Assembly: GCA_038087875.1 (NCBI GenBank)
Contig: CM075992.1
Location: 2,730,001-2,794,000 of the forward strand
Source: Malacoraja senta
Lineage: Eukaryota
Length of the DNA stretch: 64,000 nucleotides
Direction of reading: 5' to 3'
Below the pieces are notes generated by a model. It saw nothing but the letters and a program-made list of their open reading frames with translations. It did no database searches and was not told where the DNA came from. The position numbers and the translations under genes are program-made. Shown here piece by piece: positions 34,990 to 45,885 of this stretch (position 1 is its first letter; each line of letters begins with the position of its first letter).

Positions 34990-35275
34990 TACTTGTTCTA
35001 TACCTTTTCTATTATCACTCGCCAACTTCTCCATAACACCAGTAGTGCTGCCTCAGCACTAATGTGAAATTCATTAATTTTATATCATTTGCTACTTCGA
35101 CCCTCTCTCAAATTCACTTGGAGCATTTCCGATATTTCTCTCCTTTTCTGGATCTCTGTCTCATTTCAGGAGACAAACTGTCCGCTGGCATTTATTACAG
35201 ACACTGACCCTCACAACTACATTGACTGCACCTATTCTCAACCTGTCTTTGGTGAGGATGCCATCTCTTTCTCCC
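34990..35275 (+). mobile_element. Penelope-like RT relic (continues the fragment at about 33943-34010)
   Basis: MGTLMGFSYYCLFV (33959) and LKFTWSISDISL...DPHNYIDCTYSQP resemble Penelope RT motifs. Confidence 0.6.
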
Positions 35276-37224
35276 ACCAGCCCAAGTCTCTCCCCTTTCA
35301 CGCCTGCAGTTCTTCCCCCCCGCCCTCCCTTCCCACTCTCAGTCTGAAAGTGGGAGTAAACCGGAGTTCCCCGGAGAAAACCCACGGGGAGAACGTACAA
35401 ACTCCGTTCAGACAGCACCCGTAGTCGGGATTGGACACAGTTCTCTGTCGCTGTGAGGCAGCAACTCTGCCGCTGAGCTATCCTGCAACCCTGAAATGAA
35501 AGTACATTCACCACCATCCTGTTTTCTGAAACTCCACTGAGGCCAAAGATGTGGCAAATATCGCTGTCACAAGCCATTGCAATTACTTCTTCAGCTTCCC
35601 ACAATGTCCAAGGCTACACTCCGTCAGGCTCTGTGGATTTATCCACCTTAATATTCTTTACGACTATTAGAACTCTTCTTTTGTCATTTGGATATGGTCT
35701 GGTACATCACTGCTCACGTTTGAACACATGAATAATAATCAGTGTCTGAAGAAGGGTCTCGACCTGAAACACCACATATCCATGTTCTCCAGAGATGCTG
35801 CCCGGTCAGCACTTTGTGTCCTTTTTCTCTTTTCTCTCCATTCCTTCGCCTCCCATCATCTTCTCCTCAGTAAACACAGGTGAGAAATGTCCACTTCTTC
35901 ATGATCCTGCCCTCTGCACGCCTATCAGTCCCGTCCACACTGTGTCCAAACCTAGAAGTGAGTCTTGTGTTAAGATCGAGGCTCCCCTGACTTTCTGGTT
36001 CAACACATTGAGAGAGAGAGACTCCCAGCCAACTCTAATCTTGTCCTGTGAATTATTCAAGTCAATGACTCATTGGTATTAAATGCATGGCCTCAAGGTT
36101 ACTGGCAAGACATGTAATATTGCTCTTGAACCAAGTTGAAATGTCACTGAAGTGTCCTCGTACCACAATATCTCAGTGTAGCTCCATCTTATGCACTCTT
36201 CTCTCTATTTGTTGACCAGAGGAGCTGCCTGTGGTCAGAGTCCCGGTGAACCGCAGCCATACTGTGACAGCAGGCCTGGCTCGCCCACCACGGAACCGGG
36301 AGAGGAAAACCACCGAGCTCGGCCAAGGGATTGTAGGTTAATCGGCTTCCGTAAACTGCCAGTAGTGTGTAGGATAGAATTAGTGTATGGGTGAATGCTG
36401 GTTGGCGCAGACTCAGTGGGCCGAAGGGCTTGTTTCCACTCTGTATCTCTAAAAAAAGACTCCTGTCCAAATGTTACTTATTTTGTCACTCATGTTGCTT
36501 TCCGCAATGCACGCAACATCTTGCACTAAACATCTTGCACTAATCTCTACACTGTAAATAGATCGATTGTAATCATGTATTGTCTTTCTGCTGACTGGAT
36601 AGCACGCAACAAAAGCTTTTCACTGTACACGTGACATTAAACTAAACTGAACTGAATGGGGACCCTCGGGCTAACTTTGATCGGACTTTGCTGGCTTTAC
36701 CTTGCATTAAACGTTATTCCCTTATCGTGTATCTGTACACTGTACCAATGGCTGCCTCGCCAACAGTCTGTCTCGTCCATTCCTTCTTTTTTTGTTTTAT
36801 AGTATGTGTTAAATGTATGTTTTAGTGTTCTCCAGCTTGTTTTATGCGGTGGGTAGTTGGGGGAAAACCTTTTAAAATCTCTTACCTCGACGGAGATGCA
36901 ATTTATTTCCGTATCGTATCTCTGTCCACCATGCGGCCTAACATCATGGAGCTGGCGGCCTCTGCTGGAGACCAACTTCGTGAGCTCCAACCACGGGAGC
37001 CTGCGGACTTTAACATCGTGGAGCTCGCGGTCCCGGGTTAGAGACCGACTTCGGGAGCTCCAGGCCGCAGGCGGTTCGACTGCCCCGACGAGGGAGCTTC
37101 GATCGCCCCCGGCTGCGAATGGTTTCACTGCCCTGACCGCGGTGAATAAAGAGGGAAGAAGTTGGACTTTATTGCCTTCCATCACAGTGAGGAATGTGGG
37201 GAATCCACTGTGGTGGATCTAAAT

Positions 37225-37482
37225 GAGGTGAGAAAAAACTTTTTCACCCAGAGAGTTGTGAATTTATGGAATTCCCTGCCACAGAGGGCAATGGAGGCCA
37301 AGTCACTGGATGGATTTAAGAGAGAGTTAGATAGAGCTCTAGGGGCTAGTGGAGTCAAAGGATATGGGGAGAAGACAGGCATGGGTTATTGATAGGGGAC
37401 GATCAGCCATGATCACAATGAATGGCGGTGCTGGCTCGAAGGGCCGAATGGCCTCCTCCCGCACCTATTTCTATGTTTCTAT
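37225..37482 (+). mobile_element. CR1 LINE 3' end
   Basis: RKNFFTQRVVNLWNSLPQRAMEA..GFKRELDRAL plus tail. Confidence 0.85.
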
Positions 37483-38189
37483 AAATGGGTCAATTGTAAT
37501 TATGTAATGTCTTTCGGCTGACTGGTTAGTATGCAACAAACGCTGTTCACTGTACCTTGGTACACGTGAGAATAAACTAAACTGAACTGAACATCGAAGC
37601 CAACTTAGCTGCACTTACCCTGTTCACCGCAGGTTCTCACACGCGATGAAGCAAAAGACAAACAGCGGAGCAGGAATAGTACAGCCCAACTTTTCTTGCC
37701 TGATTTTGAGGAGCTCAGCAGCTTTTGTTTTCGGAACAAACCTTTCTCAAGCGCCATCTTCTCCCACGTAGCAGCAGATGTTTCAGGTCAGACTTGTCCT
37801 GACTCAAAGCGTTGCCTGACCATTACTTCCGCAGATGCTGCCTGACTCGCTGAGTTCTTCCATCACTTTGTGTTTTACTCAGGATTGCAGTGTCTGGAGT
37901 CTCTTGTGTCTCCAGCGGTTTCTCCAGGCTGAACTCCCAAATAATACTGCCTCCATTGAGTGGTGTATTCAAAATTGCACTTCATTTTAGAGATAAAGGC
38001 CCTTCGGCCCACCGATTCCGTGCCAACCAGTGATCCCCATACACTAGCACTATCCTATCCATTTACAATCTTTACCGAAGCCATTAAGTGACCTCATACA
38101 GGATTATAATATTATGTTCATAATTTGGCGGTCTCAAGAACGACAACTGAAGTTTTAAATGAATCTTTATTACACAGGTTCTCTCGACA

Positions 38190-38330
38190 AGTCTGGCCAC
38201 CTCGGTGGTCAGTGCTGAACAGCCGCGCGAAAGCAAAACCACGCGAAAACAAGCAGCCCCTCCCGAGTCACGTGACCGCGGCTTCCAAACGCCGGGTTCG
38301 ATACCTGCGTGCGCCAGTAGTCGCCGCTAC
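38190..38330. promoter_or_regulatory. Small CpG-rich promoter-like island
   Basis: Two E2F-like sites (GCGCGAAA, CGCGAAAA), a palindromic E-box GTCACGTGAC and high CpG density in non-repeat sequence. Confidence 0.45.
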
Positions 38331-39507
38331 AATAAGTTCATAAATGATAGGAGCAGAATTAGGCCATTCAGCCCATCAAGTCTACTCTGCCATTCAGTCA
38401 CTGCTGATCTATCTCTCCCTCCCTCCATCCCTCTATCTCTCCCTCCTAACCCCATACTACTGCCTTCTTGCCATAACCCCTGACACTAATCAATAATCTA
38501 TTACAACATTTAAAAGGCATTTGGATAGGTACTTGGTTAGGAAAGAAGTAGAGGAATGTGGCCCCTAATGCAGGAAAAATGCCCCTAATGCAGGATCAGC
38601 ATCATGATTTGAATGGAAGAGTCTGATTCAAGCGCCTGTTTCTGCACTGTATTGCTCTATGACTCTCTTGAATACACCAGAGCTGGTTAATAAAATGAAA
38701 GCAAATAGCAAACAGCAGGAGGAACTTGGTGGGTCAGGCAGCATCTATGGAGGGAATATGTGCAGGAAGAAACTGCAGGTGCTGGTTTAAACCAAAGATA
38801 GACCCAAAAAGTCTGAAGAAGGGTCTCAACCCATCCCTTCTCTCCAGAAATGCTGCCTGTTCCACTTCCTCTTGCAGCTTGTTCGATATAACCACTTCCC
38901 CTTTCACCTCAAACCTACGCTGTTATTCCAGCATGTTGCGTCTATCTGTGCAGGGAATAGATGGTCGACGTTTCAGGTTGGGACCCTTCATCTGGACTTC
39001 ATCTGCAGTCACTTGTGTCTCAAATTAATACAATCCTCTGCTGACCAATATCTTTGTTGATCAGAGAAGCTGTGAATTTCTCAACTAGAGGAATGGCTAC
39101 ATGCCTGAGCCTAAAGCAGCTTAGCGTGTGGCTGAAGAAGGGATTCGGCCCGAAACGTTGCCTATTTCCTTCGCTCCATAGATGCTGCTGCACCCGCTGA
39201 GTTTCTCTAGCATTTTTGTGTACCTTAGCGTGTGGTTTCCTCTTTGTAACATGAGTAGCTTATATCATACTAGGTGGAAACCACTTGAAAAAACATTGTT
39301 TAATGTCTAACTGCTCCCTGTATGTTGCTACTAATAGCAAAGAGCAGATTCATGCAGAGGTCACTTGGCCCTGCAGGGGCAGCTACTGTAAGAAATGTTG
39401 TTCGTGCAATTTCATAAATAATTTATCTATGTTTGTTCACTAGTTCAGTGAGTGCACGAGAAAGAATGTTTAGAAAAGATTTCTCAAGTTCCAGTAAATG
39501 AAACTAG

Positions 39508-40506
39508 GAAGTTGCATTCGAAGACTGAATTTGAATACTTAAAATGGACTTTGATCCCTCCCCAATCAAGATAACTCGCGCATTGGCTTCAAGAGACACA
39601 GCGAGCTGTGTGTTTGTGCACAGTGGATCAAATAGACACGGCTTAGCAGTCGATTTGCAAGCAGCAACCTGCCCAAGAGTGTAAACAGCAGAAGGAAAAA
39701 AAATCTACAATATATTGAAATAGCTATGACCAATGAACCAATGCTGATGAAAGTTCAGGTTCCTGGAATGCGAAATTAATGGAAAGTAGAATTGAAACGG
39801 GGCGGCACGGTGGTGCAGCGGTAGAGTTGCTGCCTCACAGCGCCAGAGACCCGGGTTCAATCCTGACTATGGGTGCTGTCTGTACAGAATTTTTACGTTC
39901 TCCCTGTAACCGCGTGGGTTTTCTCCTGGTGCTCCGGTTTCCTCCCACACTCCAGCGGATCAGATAGCAAATCTGGAGAAAAAGAATAGGTGACGTTTTG
40001 GGTCGGGACCCTTCTTTAGACTGAATGCCACTATGGTATCTGCCCCTTCCACCAACCCGGGCACTGCGTTCCAGGCACCCATCTCTCCCTGTGTAAAAAA
40101 ACAGAGTAAAGGTTTAAAAGAGTAAAGCGATTGTAAAAAGTGATTGCAGATCCACTTCTGCGACTGAGGGAGTGCCGCACTGTCAGAGGACCAGTACTAC
40201 GTAATTATACAGAGTTTTGTAGAGTGGGAAGTCGTGATCTATCCATGAGTGAGAGCTCTCCCTATCCCTGGCAGCTCCAGGCTTGTTGGACTGGGTGTAA
40301 AAAGTCATGGAACCAGGTTTGTAGGTTAATTGGCTTCGGTAAAATTGTGAATTGTCCCTAATGAGTAGGATAGTGCTAGTATACGGGGTGAGCGCTGGTC
40401 GGCGCGGACTCGGTGGACCGAAGGGACTGTGTCTGCGCTGTATCTCTAAAGTCACTCCTCCACCTTCGATGCTCTGATGAGAACAAAGCCAGCCAAATCT
40501 AATCTC
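39508..40506 (+). repeat. Source copy of the local duplication (contains an interrupted HE1 SINE)
   Basis: Matches 32572-33942 except about 380 bp missing near 40100; runs on into an old CR1 fragment beyond 40506. Confidence 0.8.
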
Positions 40507-40644
40507 TTCTTGTAACTAATGCCCTCCAGACAACAATCTGGTGAATCTTTTCTGCACTCTCTCTATTGCTACCACATCCTTCCTCTAGTGGAAGAATGGA
40601 AGAACTGCATGCAACACTGCATCCAAGTGTGGCCTAACCAATTA

Positions 40645-40937
40645 GTTTAGATTAGAGATAGAGCATAGAAACAGGCCCTTCGGCCCATTGAGCCCGCACT
40701 GACCAGCGATCCCGCACATTAACACACTATCCTATTCTAGGGACAATTTTACATTTTTACCAAGCCAATTAACCTACAAACCTGTACGTCTTTGGAGTGT
40801 GGGAGGAAACCGAAGTTCTCGGAGAAAACCCTCGCAGGTCACGGGGAGAACGTACAAACTCCGTACGGACAGCAACCGTAGCCAGGATCTCTGGCGCTGT
40901 AAGGCAGGAACTCTACCGCTGCGCCATCGTGCCGCCC
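40645..40937 (-). mobile_element. HE1-type V-SINE
   Basis: tRNA-like head, V-domain-like block and tail. Confidence 0.85.
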
Positions 40938-43059
40938 TTCTGTACAGCAGCAACTTGACATCTAAACTCACACACTCAGTACTTTGGCCCAGTAAGTCAA
41001 GCACGCCAAATGCCCTTTTCACTACCCAATCCACCTTTACATTAGACTTTGGAGATACAGCACGGAAACAGGCCCTGGTTTCATTAACTACACAAACAAA
41101 GCAACAGAGGTAGTGGCAGTGAAGCAAGGTATTTTTCCTCAGCTGGGTTACACATCTGAAGAAGTGTCTCGACCCGAAACGCCACCCATTCCTGTTCTCC
41201 AGAGATGCGGACTGACCCGCTGAGTTACACCAGCATTTTGTGTCTATCTTCGGTATAAACCAGCATTTGCAGTTCCTTCCTACGTGTGTGAGCTGTTGCC
41301 TGTTGGTAAGGAACCGCTGCACACCTCATGGGATTATGTGCGATGGTCAACACACTGGTCAACCTGAGGAGCACCTTCAGCAACAGACTGGTCCCACCAA
41401 GATGCAGCACAGAACGCCACAGGAGATCCTTCTTCCCTGTGGCTATCAAACTGTACAACTCCTCCCCCTTCTGTCGTGGGGTAGACTGACCCCGTGGGGT
41501 AGACTGACCCCCCCCCCCCCATTCTTTGCACATCCCCAAGCCTTTCCACTAGTCACTTTAATTTCATGTTTCATATATGTTTCATATATTTTGTGTTCTT
41601 GGCAGATTATCCCTCCTGTCACCATGCAGGTATGGAGAGAAGGCAGGTACAGGATACTGAGTTGGATGATCTGCCATGTTCATATTGAATGGCGGTGCAG
41701 GCTCGAAGGGCCGAATGGCCTACTCCTGCACCTATTGTCTATGTTTCTAAATGAAGTTCTTTGGTGTTGTCTTGTAAAACAGGGTGGGGGGGGGGGGGGT
41801 ATAGCACAGAAACAGGCCATTTGGCCCAAGCAACCCATGCTCCACTCTAACCATCCCAAACTTTACTCATCAAAATCTATACAATCCTTTAAGTGTTTGT
41901 CCAGTCACCCCTTAATCTACATATTCGCTCTGCAAGTGCGATCTGAATCTGTTTGAGAGAAGGGGTTTGTTCTGTATTTCCCTCTGCAGCTTCTTGGTGA
42001 CAGTCTCATTGCTCCGGCCTCTGGTTATTCTCTTCCCTTATGAGTGGAAACATTCCCTCGGCAAAGTCCTTCATCATGTTAAAGACCTGTTAGCTTACCC
42101 GTCAGCTTTCTGCCTCCTGAGGAAAGACATGCCGTGTGTTCAATCTTTCCTGACATTGATACCCGAGCATTTATGGAATCATCCTTATTAATCTTCTTTG
42201 CACGCTCTCTAAACTCCTTTTTATAATATGGTGACAAGAAATGTCGTCAGGAAAGCTGTGGCGTAACCAAGGTTCAATGCCGAGTGTGTAGAAATAAGTC
42301 CTTGTGCTTCATTGCGATGTCAGTGTAACTTTTAGTGACTTTTTTTGTGTGCTGAGGTGGTTTCTGATCCTCTGCCCCACGGTCACTTGATAATCTAAAC
42401 ACTCAATACTTCTGCGCTGATGCATACAAGCGCGGGGACTGAGATAAATAGCTATATTTATGGTGGAGCGATTAACTGCAGGGATGAGCAGGAGACCAGA
42501 ATTAAAGCAGATCTCTCAGGGTGACGGAGAGACCAAAGAAGGGCTTGAAAATTAGGAGGGATTTTAAATCATGAAACTACATCAGCTGACGTTGGTCGGT
42601 AATTATGGGGATGATAAGTGAACAGGACTATGTGTCATAAAAAGGAACTGCAGATGTTGGTTTATACCAAAGATAGGCACAAAATGCTGGAGTAACTCAG
42701 CGGGTCAGGCAGCATCTCTGGAGAAGATGGATAAGGTGATGTTTTGGGTCGGGAGTGAAGAAGGGTCCCGACCCAAAACGTCACCTATCCATGTCCTCCA
42801 GAGATGCTGCCTGACCCGCTGAGTTACTCCAGCACTCTGTGAAACGTCACCTATCCATGTTCTCCAGAGATGCTGCCTGACCCACTGAGTTACTCCAGCA
42901 CTCTGTGTCTATCTAGGACTGGGTGTTATTTCAGGACAGGGGCAGAATGCAGATTGGATGACCATCATTAGTCATTAGTTTATTGTCAGGTGTACTGAGG
43001 TACAGTGAAAAGCTTTTGTTGGTTGCTAACCAGTCAGCGGAAAGACAATACATGATTAT

Positions 43060-45105
43060 AGACAATAGACAATAGGTGCAGGAGTAGGCCATTCGGCCCT
43101 TCGAGCCAGCACCGCCACTCAATGTGATCATGGCTGATCATCCCCAATCAGTACCCCGTTCCTGCCTTCTCCCCATATCCCCTGACTCCACTATTTTTAA
43201 GAGCCCTGTCTAGCTCTCTCTTGAAAGTATTCAGAGAACCGGTCTCCACCGTCCTCTGAGGCAGAGAATTCCACATACTCACAACTCTCTGTGAGAAAAA
43301 GTGTTTCCTCGTCTCCGTTCTAAATGGCTTACTCCTTATTCTTAAACTGTGGCTCCTGGTTCTGGACTCCCCCAACATCGGGAACATGTTTCCTACCTCT
43401 AGCATGTCCAAACCCTTAACAATCTTATATGTTTCAATGAGATACCCTCTCATCCTTCTAAATTCCTGAGTGTACAAGCCCAGCCGCTCCATTCTCTCAG
43501 GATATGACAGTCCCGCCATCCCGGGAATTAACCTTGTAAACCTATGCTGCACTCCCTCAATAGCAAGAATGTCCTTCCTCAAATTAGGGGACCAAAACTG
43601 CACACAATACTCCAGGTGTGGTCTCACTAGGGCTCTGTACAACTGCAGAAGGACCTCTTTGCTCCTATACTGCTCTTGTTATAAAGGCCAACATGCCATT
43701 CACTTTCTTCACTGCCTGCTGTACCTGCATGCTTACTTTCATAGACTGATGTGCAAGGAAACCCAGATCCCGTTGTACTTCCCCTTTTCCCAACTTGATG
43801 TCATTTAGATAGTAATCTGCCTTCCTGTTTTTGCTACCAAAGTGGATAACCTCACATTTATCCGCATTAAACTTCATCTGCCATGCATCTGCCCACTCCC
43901 CCAACCTGTCCAAGTCACCCTGCATTCTCATAGCAGCTATATAAATAAAATCTATTATTATTATAATCCTCCTCACAGTTCACACTGCCACCAAGTTTTG
44001 TGTCATCTGCAAATTTGCTAATGTTACTTTGAATCCCTTCATCCAAATCATTGATGTATATTGTAAATAGCTACAGTCCCAGCTCTGAGCCTTGCGGTAC
44101 CCCACTAGTCACTGCCTGCCATTCTGAAAGGGACCCGTTAATCCCTACTCTTTGTTTCCTGTCTGCCAACCAATTTTCTATCCATGTCAACACTCTACCC
44201 CAATACCATGTGCCCTAATATTTCCCACTAATCTCCTATGTGGGACCTTATCAAATGCTTTCTGAAAGTCCAGGTACACTACATCCACTGACTCTCCCTT
44301 GTCCATTTTCCTAGTTACATCCTCAAAAAATTCCCGAAGATTAGTCAAGCATGATGTCCCCTTCGTAAATCCATGCTGACTCGGGCCGATCCTGTTACTG
44401 CTATCCAAATGTGCGGCTATTTCATCTTTTATAATTGACTCCAGCATCTTCCCCACCACCGATATCAGGCTAACTGGTCTATAATTCCCTTTCTCACTCC
44501 CGCCTTTCTTAAAAAGTGGGATAACATTAGCTACCCTCCAATCCACAGGAACTGATCCTGAGTCTATAGAACATTGGAAAATTATCATCAATGCATCCAC
44601 GACTTCTAGAGCCACTTCCTTAAGTACCCTGGGATGCAGACTATCAGGCCCTGGGGATTTATCAGCCTTCAGTCTACCCAACACCATTTCCTGCCTAATG
44701 TGGATTTCCTTCAGTTCCTCTGTCACCCTAGATCCTCTGGCCACTACTATATCAGGAAGATTGTTTGTGTCCTCCTTAGTGAAGATGGATCCAAAGTACC
44801 TGTTCAACTCATCTGCCATTTCCTTGTTCCCCATAATAAATTCACCCTTTTCGGTCTTCAAGGGTCCAACTTTGGTCTTAACTAATTTTTTCCTCTTCAC
44901 ATACCTAAAGAAGCTTTTACCATCCTCCTTTATATTCTTGGCTAGCTTACCTTCGTGCCTCATCTTTTCTTCCCGTATTGTCTTTTTAGTTATCTGTTGC
45001 TCTTTAAACATTACCCAATCCTCTTGCTTCCTGCTCATCTTTGCTAAGTTGTACTTCTTCTCTTTTATTTTTTATACTATCCCTGACGTGCCTTGTCAGC
45101 CATGG
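43060..45105 (-). mobile_element. CR1 LINE, about 2 kb 5'-truncated copy (ORF2 RT)
   Basis: KSPGPDSLHPRVLKE, NYRPVSLISVVGK, QHGF, YLDFQKAFDKVPH, RPHLEYCVQFWSP and RTRSHSL motifs; (CTATTGT)n tail. Confidence 0.95.
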
Positions 45106-45742
45106 TCAATCGATCCGTCCACATTTTACAGATGCATGATCAAGGAGATATCATGAATAACATTTAGTGCAAGATAAAGCAAGTAACGTTGAATCAAAGA
45201 TAGTCCGAGGGTCTCCAATGAGACCAGGTTTATGAAGTCGAATGTGGAAAGCCAAGTAACAAAGACTATAACACAGTACAGAGAAGTCGAATTAGGCCAT
45301 TCAGCCCATCGGGTCTACTCCACCATTGAATCATTGCTGATCTATCATGACATGGATGAGGGATTCAGATGAATTGAGTGAGTGCTGGAGTCAGGAGTTC
45401 CATAGGTTGAAACAGGAGCTCTCAGTAATGGCGTGATATGTAGTTTGGACCGAGCATGCAAAAAACCTTCAAACACATGGCAGAGATTGTGACAGTGTGG
45501 TGGCTGGGAAATTGATTTTTCAACGGGGATTGACCTCAGATTAATATCTATCTAGTTGACAACATTTCTACTCATCTATCACTTAATGTGTGGTGAGCAG
45601 TCTGATGATTAGTTTAGTTTAGTTTGGTTTATTGTCACGTGTACCAAGATATAGTGAAAAGCTTTTTGTTGCATGCTAATCAGTCAACGGAAAAACTATA
45701 TATGATTACAATCAAGTCGTCCACAGTGTTCAGATACATGAC

Positions 45743-45885
45743 GGGGTGGGAGATTGCAACCCTCACGTGGTCCGCCCTGTTTCGACGAATGCAATCAACC
45801 CAGCGTGCACAATCAAATACGATCAAATAGAACAAGTTGTCCTACAACTTTAGACTGTGCACGCCACACGCAAGAAGAAGAAGAA
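45743..45885 (+). mobile_element. Short element with (AAG)n tail (RTE-like 3' end or SINE); copies at about 46345-46685 and 52374-52497 on the minus strand
   Basis: GGGAGATTGCAACC...CACGCAAGAAGAAG shared by three copies; family assignment is inference. Confidence 0.5.

Noticed and set aside
38285..38320. Vault RNA or tRNA gene suggested by GGGTTCGATACC
   Set aside because: No convincing terminal stem or cloverleaf and no oligo-T terminator
42640..42915. CRISPR-like or prokaryotic repeat array
   Set aside because: Eukaryotic intron-exon context; the repeats are tandem or inverted retroelement units without unique spacers
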